Shown here in pieces: positions 8,201-15,101 of a DNA stretch of 17,080 nt. Under the pieces are notes generated by a model. That model did not search any database. It was not told the origin of the DNA and worked only from the letters and a program-made list of their open reading frames with translations. This DNA is from Salpingoeca rosetta (taxonomy: Eukaryota; Protista; Choanoflagellata), in NCBI GenBank assembly GCA_033442325.1, contig JAWQFM010000034.1, forward strand, positions 677,444 to 694,523, given 5' to 3'. The translations under genes were made by a program, and so were the position numbers. The number at the start of each line of letters is the position of its first letter. Within the stretch, counting starts at the first letter, position 1.

Positions 8201-11200
8201 TGGTGAGATTGTGCTCGATGCGGCTAAACTCCACCTCAGAGTTGCGCTTGATCATGATGATGGGGATGGAGAAGTTGCCTGGCGTTGTGACGTCCACGTA
8301 CTCCTCGTTCTCCAGCTGCGCCGTGTTGGCCGAGGACGAGAACTCCACGTAAGCGCCGTCGCCCACATGCAGCTGCTCAATGCCCGTGAGCATGCCCTCA
8401 AACACGGAGCGCACGCCGAGCAAGTATACCTCCACGGGGAACACAATCTCGCCGCCAACGTCCACCTTGAAGCTGCAGGGCGCCTCTGTCTTGTTGCTGA
8501 GCGATTCCACATACTCCACAAACACAATCTGCTGGTCCTGCACGTGCAATTGGCCCGTGCGGTCACCAATGAACTTGTGGATGGTCACATTGACCTGCGT
8601 GCCAGGGTGGTAGGCAATGAGGCGTGAGTGGCCCGTGAGCTCCACCTCGTCAAACTCATACGTGTCCGTGCCTTCCTCGCTGATGACCGATGCCCACGGC
8701 ACGTTGACGCCAATGTTGTCCACATGCAGGTACGTGTGGTCAGCTGTCAGCACCGTCTCCTTGAGCGAGTACGAGTAGCGCACGATGCGGTACTCCAGCG
8801 GCCGCAGGTTCTCCTCCACATAGGTCGTGCCCGCTGCGGCTCCGCGCATGTTGACGGGCCCGCCGCGCTGCGGATGCTTGAACGTGTTGGACACAAGCAC
8901 CTGGTAGCACCAGAGCTTGGCGGTGTTGTCGGAGACGCAGAGCTCCTCGCCGTTGAACACCATGCTGCGGATGGTGACCGCCGTGGAGAAGGAGAAGCCG
9001 TCATACTGGCCCGTGGCCAGGTCGTGGCGCGTGATGAGCGTGCCAGAGCCGTAGAAGATCTTGTCGTGCACAATGGCAAAGCCGCCGTACAGGTCAGCGT
9101 TGTTGTAGGTGGAGCGGCCGCCCTCCAGTGCAAACGTGCGCAGCATGGCACCGTCAATCACGTCGTATACGTAGATGACTTCGCTGCGGCTGCGCATCAC
9201 AAACACCTCACGGCCAGACACGGCCACGCCAGAGGCGTACTGCCCAAACTCTTCGTACTGCATGTCGACCTCCCAAATGAGGTCGTTGTCGGGATAGGGC
9301 CCGTACTTGCCAATCTTGTTGCCCGTGTGGTCTGCCGTGTAGTAGTAGTTGTCGTCGTCAAACCACAGCTGCATGACGTTGTCTGTGCCCAGCTCAACCG
9401 TACCACGGAGCTCAAACGTGTCAGCGTCCACGCGCCACGCAAACGGCTCCGGCCACTTGGGGAACCAGTACTCGTTCAGATGCATGTTGAAGCCGGTACC
9501 GTAGCTGCGTGGGTCAAGCGTGCGCTGCGTCAGCGCGGCCGACGTGGTGAACGCCGGGTGCTCGTCAATGCCACCGTAGTCGAGGTACGCGCCGCCAAAG
9601 CGGTAGCGGAGCTCGCACAGCACGGCCGCACGGCCACCAGCACCACCAAAGCCGTCAACGCCGCCGGCGCCGCCATGCACGTCAATCGTGCCGTGCCCAG
9701 ACATGTTGTACGTGCGGATCTGCACGCTGCCACCGGCCCCGCCGCCAGACCGCAAGCCTTGGCCGTTGCCGCCGCGCGCAGACAGGCGGCCGTTCAGCTC
9801 CAGGTGGGACTCCACCTCCCAAACGAGGAAGCCGCCACCAGAGCCGCCGGTGCCGAGGCCGTTGCCGCCGCCAGAGCCCCAGTCATCGGGCGCGTACACG
9901 CTGTCGCACGCCTGCGTGGCATGCTCCGCGTGGAGCCCGCCACCCTGGCCTCCGTGGGCGGCGCCAGAGCCGTACCCGTCGACCGTGCTGCCTCTGCAGG
10001 GCCCAGTCTCGGCCGGGTGGCCGGTCGCGTCAAGGTGCAACACACCTTCGCTCTCGATATTGCCTGTGGCACTGAGGATGGTCGCCTCGTTGGCGAACAT
10101 GTTGCCATTGAACTGCACATGCAAATGCGCAACCGTGAGCGTGAACGCGTGGCTCTTGATGCGCTGCAGCTCCAGCGTGCCGCCGTACTTGATGGTCAGC
10201 GTGCCAAACGTAATGTTGCCAGGCTGTGTCATGTAGATGCGTGTCAGGTTGCCGATCAGCGACGCCGTTTGCGACGATGAGGCAAACTGCAGCGTTGCCC
10301 CATCCTCAATGTACATGTCCTCCACGTTGGTGATGAGGCCTTCAAAGACGCTGCGCACGCCGTGCAGGTGCGTCTCGGAGGGGAAGATGATTTCCGAGCC
10401 GGCGTCACCGCGGAACGAGCACGGCGCCTCCGTATGGTTCGTCGTGCTCTCCACGTACTCCACCAGAATGAGTTGGTCGTTGCGGACGTGGAACTGGCCA
10501 GTCTTGTCGCCAATGAAGCGGTGCACCACCACGGTCACAGGCTCGCCCTGCGGATGGTACGCCAGCATGCGCGAGTATCCAGTCAACTCAAGCTCATCAA
10601 ACTCGTAATATGTCGTGTTGTCCTCCAGAATGACGGTAGCGCCGGGCACGTTAAAGCCTTCGTTGTCCACGTGTGCATAGAGGCGGTTCACCTCCTCGTA
10701 CTCTTCACCAGTCACAGGGTCATACTTGAGCTTCTTGTACGACGGCGGCGCACGGTTCTCAGCCACGAAGATGGTGCCTGCCGCTGCGCCAAAGGGGTTC
10801 AGGGTGTAGTTCAGGTGCCTGGAGATGCGCTCGGGGTGCACGTCGTCGTAGACGTTCTCGTCAAACACGGCGTAGCAGCGGATGTCGCGTGAGTCGCCGT
10901 TGCTGTGCACACACATGTCCTGGCCGTCAAAGTTGAGGCCGTCCACGTTGGAGCCGACGGTGAAGGAGTAGTCGTCGTAGCTGCCGTCCTTCAGGTTGAA
11001 GCGGTACACCTGCGAGCCGCTGGCGTAGAACAGCTTCTCCTGCCCAACGGCAAGACCGCCGTGGAGGTTGTTCCAAGACAGCCCGGGCACGTTGTCGAGT
11101 GCAAACGTGCGCGCCGTCTCACCATTGTCCTTGTACAGCTCATACACAGTGTTGCTGCCGCGGCGCATGGCGTACACATAGTACTCATCAGAGGCGACCG

Positions 11201-14200
11201 CGGCCGTGCTGGGGCCAAGACGCACCTCCCACACCACCTGCGGCTCGTGTGGTGGCTCAAAGTACTTGCGCTCCGGAAGTGGCGCAAACTTGGTCACCGT
11301 GCTGTCCAGCTGCGAGTTGATGTCGCTCACAGCATACCATGAACCGTCAAAGTCGGTCCAGATCTGTGCAATGTGTGTCTTGGAGCCAGCGCTCACCACG
11401 CCGCGGTACTCAAAGTCGCGGTCGTACGTGTAGATGAGGGAGCCCGGCCAGTGCGGGAACCAGTACATGTCGGTCTCGTGGTTGTAGCCGCCACCATACG
11501 AGTGTGCACGGTCGATGCGCACCGTCTGCGTTCGGACAGGGTCCTCTGTGAGCGGTTCGGGTTCAAGGCGGTTGCCGCCGCGATCACGCAGGCGACCGCC
11601 AAACTTGTACCGCCACTCGCAGTGGACGGCAACACGGCCACCAGCGCCGTCGTAGCCGCGCTTTGTGCCGTGGCCGCCGTTCACAGCAAGCTCGCCGTGG
11701 CCCGTAAAGTTTGTGGTTTGGATGAGGATGCTGCCACCAGAGCCGCCGCCCGAGTTCTCGCCAGTTCCATTGCCACCGCGGCACGACAGCGTGCCGTCGA
11801 CCTCAATGGACACGGCAGAGTCCCAGAACAGCTGGCCGCCGCCGCGGCCGCCGGGAGACACGAGACGTCCGCCCTTGCCGTGGCCGCCGCCGGAGCCGAG
11901 CTGCGTGGGCCTGTACATTGAACCGTGCGGCTCACCACCCTTTGGTGACAAGTGGATGGGCACGCCGTTGTCCATGAACGTGTGGTTGCCACCGCCCTCA
12001 CCACCGTGACCGCCGCCGCTGCCAATGTCGTTGACAGTGACACCGGGAGACGGGCCCATGTACACCTCAAGCCCGCCGGGCCCGCGCGCGTCCAGCGACA
12101 GCCGGCCAGTGGCCTCAATGTACGCCGTGGATGAGAAGATGTCGGCGTGATTCATGAGCACCGTGCCGCCGTACTTGATGGTCAGGTCGGCGACGTTGAG
12201 GTTCAGCTCAGTCGTGACACGAAGGAACTCAATCTCCGATGCACGGCGAACCGTGACCGTACCAAACGTGAAGTTACCCGGGCTTGTGACCAGCGAGTAC
12301 GTGCCATTCTCCAGGAACGCCGTGTTGGCTGTGGACGAAAACTGTGACACAGAGCCGTAGAACAGATACAGGTCAATCACGCCTGTCAGCTGGCCCTCAA
12401 ACACGCTTCGCGTTCCGCGCAGGTACACGGTCGACGGCAGGATGATCTCAGCCCCCTCGTCGATCCAGTAGCTGGCTGGCGCAGTGCTCTCGCCGGGTTC
12501 GTTCGCAACATAGTCAACATAGAGCTGCTGGTCTGAACGCAGGTGCAGCCGGCCAGTATTGTCGCCAACAAACTCATGCACAACGGCTGTGATGTTCTCC
12601 AAGTGAGAGGGATGGAAGAGCTCAAGGTTCGCGTGTCGCGTCAGCTCCAACTCATCAAACTCAAACACCGTCGAGTTGCCTTCGATCATGAGCGAGTACC
12701 ACGGGACGAGGTGGTCTTCGGCATCAAACTTGACATAGATGAAGCCAGGCTCAATCGCAATCACGTCACCTTCCTTGCTGTACTTGATGTCGGCGTATTG
12801 CGGGCCGCGGTTCGTCTCCTCGCGGTACACGGAGCCAGCGGTGCCGTACGTGTCGCCTTCACCGGGCGCAGCACGGTAGTGGCCGCCAAACTTGTGCGCA
12901 AAGTGGCAGTGGATGCCGATGCGCCCACCGCTACCGCCACCACCAAGCTCAACACCACGACCACCGCTCACGTCAATCGTGCCGTGCCCGGTCATGTTGA
13001 GTGTCTCCGCGAAGAAGGAGCCGCCAGAGCCGCCACCGGCGTTCTTGCCCTGGCCGTCCTGGCCAAACAGGTGGATAAAGCCGTCCACGTGCAGCTGCAG
13101 TTCGGAGCGCCAAACAAGGAAACCGCCACCGCTGCCACCGCGCGATCCAGCCGCACCGGCGCCACCGCCAGAGCCAAGCTCAATGGGCTGCACCACGGAG
13201 CCGTATGCCAGGCCGCCAGAGCCAACGCCCTCAATGTACTTGCCGCGCAGGCCAGGGAAACCCGGAACAGACTCGTAGCGCGGCTTCACCACGTGGAAGC
13301 CACCGCCCTGGCCGCCGTAGCCAGCGCCGGCGCCGCGGGGCCGGCCGCGCTCGTCCGTGTGGTTCATGCCCGCACCGGGGCCCGTCATCTCGGGGTGGCC
13401 GGTGTAGTTGAGGTTGAGGATGCCGCCACCCTCCACCACACCGTAAGAGGTCTCAATGTAGCCGCGGTTCATGAGCACGAGCGACTGGTACTTGATGAGC
13501 AAGGACGACGCCTGCAAGGTGAGCGGGTCTGGGATGTTGTCCAGGTCGAGCACGCAGCCCCGCTGCATGGTCATGGTGCCAAACGTCAGGTTCCCTGGTG
13601 TGGTCATCCACAGGTACGTCTTGTTGAGTGGCGACCCCTCGAGCATGGCTGTGCGAGACGTGTTTGTGAACACGACGAGCGCGCCCTCCGCTGCGCGGAA
13701 GTCCTCAATGTTGGTCACAAGGCCCTCTGCCAGTGTGCGCGTGCCCAGGAAGGTGTTGCGCGTTGGGAAGATGACCTCGGCCGTGGGGTCGATGCGATAG
13801 CTGACGGGCGCAATGGACTCCGTCGCCACGCCCTCAACAACCTCGACAAACATCTGCTGCATGCCACGCACGTGCACGCGGCCAGTGCGGTCGCCAACGA
13901 ACTTGTGGGAGATGATGGTTGACGTGAGGTTGTGGAAGAGCACGGTGACGTGGTGGAAGAGATGCAGCTCGTCAAACTCAAAGTAGCCGTTCTCCTCGTC
14001 CGTGACGGCCGTGGCCAGGTGGTGGTTGCGGTTGTCGTTGTCCAGGATGAGCGCAACGTGCGCGTCCTTGAAGCCGACAATCTGGTCGTCGCGCACAATG
14101 GGCTCGCGCTGGTCCAGGCCATCGTTCGAGTCCGTGTAGTACACAGTGCCGCCAGCACCGGCCTCGCCAGGGAAGTTGCCTGATGCATTGGAGGGGGCGC

Positions 14201-15101
14201 CGCCAAAGCCGCCAAATGCCTCGTAGATGCCGGCAAACTCACGCAACCAGCGCACGTGCACGCCGATACGGCCGCCCGCGCCACCGCCGCCGCGGTCCAT
14301 GCCGCTGCCGCCAGTCGCGTTGATGACACCATGCCCAGCAAACGTCGTGGTCTCAATCCAGATGCTGCCACCAGAGCCGCCGCCAGAGTTGGGGGCAGAC
14401 GCGTCAGCGCCCATGCTCTCCAGGCTTCCGTCCAAGTGCAATGAGAGGCCGACAAGCACGCGCATGATGCTGCCGCCAACGCCACCGCCAACGCCACCAC
14501 CGGGGCTGCCGGGGTGGCGCGGGGTCTTGTACGAGCCGTACGCCTGTCCGCCCTTGATGGGGTCCTCCTCAGAACCGAAGATGACGTGCGAGCCGCCGTA
14601 GCCACCATGACCGCCGCCCTGGCCAAACAACACGCCATCGGCAGTGATGTTGTCGCCGGCACCGAGCATCTCGGCCTTGAATGGCGCGTCAGGCAGCAGC
14701 AGATCCCCAAGCGTTGGGCCACGGGCCGTCGTGGTCAGAACAGAGTCGCCCTCCATGAACGCCTCGTTGACGCGCAGGAACATGCTGGGAGCGCGGATAG
14801 AGGAGTCCGCGCGCATAACCAGCTCGCCCACGTCAAGGTCGAGTGGTAGCGGATACTCCACCTCCGCCTCGTACTCCAGCTCCAGCTTGCCGAGGTCAAG
14901 CACGCCCGGCGTGGGGGTCGTGACAACCTGCTCACCCTGGACGAGGGCGTTGCTTGCCACGGGCCCAACGACCGCGCGGCGACCCTCCATCAAGCGCAGA
15001 GATGTCACGCCCGTGATGAGGCCGCGCCAGTCGAGCGCAACCGCACGTGTGCCGTGCATCTCGGCGTAGTTGGCGAGCCGCAGCTCTGCCTCCTCGTCAA
15101 T
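5286..15101 (-). CDS. Gene A, main segment: giant Gly-rich/beta-repeat extracellular protein (at least ~3,930 aa together with the upstream segment)
   Basis: Uninterrupted 9.8-kb ORF. The frame is open upstream of ATG 15059 (IDEEAELRLANYAEM, matching the repeat consensus IDEGAEIILP). It shows strong C/G third-position bias, iterated GGGSGGSIxIxT...GHGxI...GGxGGRIAVH and EFDExEL...FxGDxTG motifs, many N-x-S/T sequons, and no obvious TM helix. It ends at TAA 5288-5286. Confidence 0.95.
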   Translation of the reverse strand: MDEEAELRLANYAEMHGTRAVALDWRGLITGVTSLRLMEGRRAVVGPVASNALVQGEQVVTTPTPGVLDLGKLELEYEAEVEYPLPLDLDVGELVMRADSSIRAPSMFLRVNEAFMEGDSVLTTTARGPTLGDLLLPDAPFKAEMLGAGDNITADGVLFGQGGGHGGYGGSHVIFGSEEDPIKGGQAYGSYKTPRHPGSPGGGVGGGVGGSIMRVLVGLSLHLDGSLESMGADASAPNSGGGSGGSIWIETTTFAGHGVINATGGSGMDRGGGGAGGRIGVHVRWLREFAGIYEAFGGFGGAPSNASGNFPGEAGAGGTVYYTDSNDGLDQREPIVRDDQIVGFKDAHVALILDNDNRNHHLATAVTDEENGYFEFDELHLFHHVTVLFHNLTSTIISHKFVGDRTGRVHVRGMQQMFVEVVEGVATESIAPVSYRIDPTAEVIFPTRNTFLGTRTLAEGLVTNIEDFRAAEGALVVFTNTSRTAMLEGSPLNKTYLWMTTPGNLTFGTMTMQRGCVLDLDNIPDPLTLQASSLLIKYQSLVLMNRGYIETSYGVVEGGGILNLNYTGHPEMTGPGAGMNHTDERGRPRGAGAGYGGQGGGFHVVKPRYESVPGFPGLRGKYIEGVGSGGLAYGSVVQPIELGSGGGAGAAGSRGGSGGGFLVWRSELQLHVDGFIHLFGQDGQGKNAGGGSGGSFFAETLNMTGHGTIDVSGGRGVELGGGGSGGRIGIHCHFAHKFGGHYRAAPGEGDTYGTAGSVYREETNRGPQYADIKYSKEGDVIAIEPGFIYVKFDAEDHLVPWYSLMIEGNSTVFEFDELELTRHANLELFHPSHLENITAVVHEFVGDNTGRLHLRSDQQLYVDYVANEPGESTAPASYWIDEGAEIILPSTVYLRGTRSVFEGQLTGVIDLYLFYGSVSQFSSTANTAFLENGTYSLVTSPGNFTFGTVTVRRASEIEFLRVTTELNLNVADLTIKYGGTVLMNHADIFSSTAYIEATGRLSLDARGPGGLEVYMGPSPGVTVNDIGSGGGHGGEGGGNHTFMDNGVPIHLSPKGGEPHGSMYRPTQLGSGGGHGKGGRLVSPGGRGGGQLFWDSAVSIEVDGTLSCRGGNGTGENSGGGSGGSILIQTTNFTGHGELAVNGGHGTKRGYDGAGGRVAVHCEWRYKFGGRLRDRGGNRLEPEPLTEDPVRTQTVRIDRAHSYGGGYNHETDMYWFPHWPGSLIYTYDRDFEYRGVVSAGSKTHIAQIWTDFDGSWYAVSDINSQLDSTVTKFAPLPERKYFEPPHEPQVVWEVRLGPSTAAVASDEYYVYAMRRGSNTVYELYKDNGETARTFALDNVPGLSWNNLHGGLAVGQEKLFYASGSQVYRFNLKDGSYDDYSFTVGSNVDGLNFDGQDMCVHSNGDSRDIRCYAVFDENVYDDVHPERISRHLNYTLNPFGAAAGTIFVAENRAPPSYKKLKYDPVTGEEYEEVNRLYAHVDNEGFNVPGATVILEDNTTYYEFDELELTGYSRMLAYHPQGEPVTVVVHRFIGDKTGQFHVRNDQLILVEYVESTTNHTEAPCSFRGDAGSEIIFPSETHLHGVRSVFEGLITNVEDMYIEDGATLQFASSSQTASLIGNLTRIYMTQPGNITFGTLTIKYGGTLELQRIKSHAFTLTVAHLHVQFNGNMFANEATILSATGNIESEGVLHLDATGHPAETGPCRGSTVDGYGSGAAHGGQGGGLHAEHATQACDSVYAPDDWGSGGGNGLGTGGSGGGFLVWEVESHLELNGRLSARGGNGQGLRSGGGAGGSVQIRTYNMSGHGTIDVHGGAGGVDGFGGAGGRAAVLCELRYRFGGAYLDYGGIDEHPAFTTSAALTQRTLDPRSYGTGFNMHLNEYWFPKWPEPFAWRVDADTFELRGTVELGTDNVMQLWFDDDNYYYTADHTGNKIGKYGPYPDNDLIWEVDMQYEEFGQYASGVAVSGREVFVMRSRSEVIYVYDVIDGAMLRTFALEGGRSTYNNADLYGGFAIVHDKIFYGSGTLITRHDLATGQYDGFSFSTAVTIRSMVFNGEELCVSDNTAKLWCYQVLVSNTFKHPQRGGPVNMRGAAAGTTYVEENLRPLEYRIVRYSYSLKETVLTADHTYLHVDNIGVNVPWASVISEEGTDTYEFDEVELTGHSRLIAYHPGTQVNVTIHKFIGDRTGQLHVQDQQIVFVEYVESLSNKTEAPCSFKVDVGGEIVFPVEVYLLGVRSVFEGMLTGIEQLHVGDGAYVEFSSSANTAQLENEEYVDVTTPGNFSIPIIMIKRNSEVEFSRIEHNLTISATDIFIRYGGLMMMNEGKIDTTLFSIEYGGALAAGGRGFAAQTGPGSGFYDGSNGRGLGASYGGYGGGHNIDNTAHTPYGTVYEPLLHGSGGGIASGATPTETVCYSNNAAAIISVPCMRGSGGGVVHLNAGSQAEMDGVLIANGAEGVVSNGGGGSGGSIFIETTNFTGQGEVNVNGGAGHGSGFGGSGGRIAVHIRHRHTFGGALRSVGGLPQGGPGTVYAYEINRGPQYALFKYNPELKKIAPVSPHRHVRIDQENNVVPQPALIMDTTGDFIDFDEMTVDGYAKLYFYHPDDQEHVTIVGHEVRGDRTGIIRVRSNQRFFVEVVVAAENVHDAPVTYYVDEDAELLMPPNLILRGEDLILEGRLTNVEHLYVESGGEFVCDGQCHTALLTLEKSNDTVVIHGIEYEVVETSKSFYPEDAYRSLQDPHSMKFSTVEVKNTATLNIKVPNADVEVADFDIRFGGLVRSNTQVLTLNIGESFFEHTGRLVADGSGYGANTGPGASSDTGDRGCGGAYANVGGRGDYCSSLGSVYGSVFMNSGRMPGSGGGGPNAGAGGGLINLLVGGRLQVDGMISSNGGNGGSYSGGGSGGGIYVNTERLTGHGVIQANGGNGGAYSGGGSGGRVVVHITAHEFRWDGAVTAFGGRCGGASTDNGGCHTDTEHGGVGSVYVRSHPDDGDAFHTLILDNRGRNRNTYPFVLDEGQVTFDHLHMVNNARLQFSTKTTPSAPAFFKSVTGDLTGLLYVQSGREVHIGGRELEASYPAVDMTVDTDGQLEGTLRFFVRDTFNVHGMLSGVQSLYLLPGTRMNINGGRTTCLEGTCSAAERSWMDNNYMFKDLVLYKGASIVDTNSNGNTKSLERVKDITVLHADRLHMQYSSSVTASTIAIWTRQAKVDQRASLSTNARGYTIRTGPTTPSGSSCRDSVAGSYGGRGGRGKHGNSYCGVEAGDPYGHACYPYHAGGGAGSN
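8898..9525 (-). other. Putative five-bladed beta-propeller domain, copy 3
   Basis: YGTGF...EYWFPKW; VMQLWFD..YYYTADH; ASGVAVS..EVFVM; YGGFAI..DKIFY; SMVFNGEELCVS...LWCY. Confidence 0.65.
10865..11520 (-). other. Putative five-bladed beta-propeller domain, copy 2
   Basis: YGGGY...MYWFPHW; IAQIWTD; AAVASD.YYVYAM; HGGLAV..EKLFY; GLNFDGQDMCVH...IRCY. Confidence 0.65.

Noticed and set aside
6620-10415. RGD tripeptides in gene A (GRGDY, VRGDR, FRGDA)
   Set aside because: They fall at different, partly structural consensus positions (GD in GDxTG, D in xxDxG) and are not conserved between repeats, so they are consistent with chance in a Gly-rich protein.
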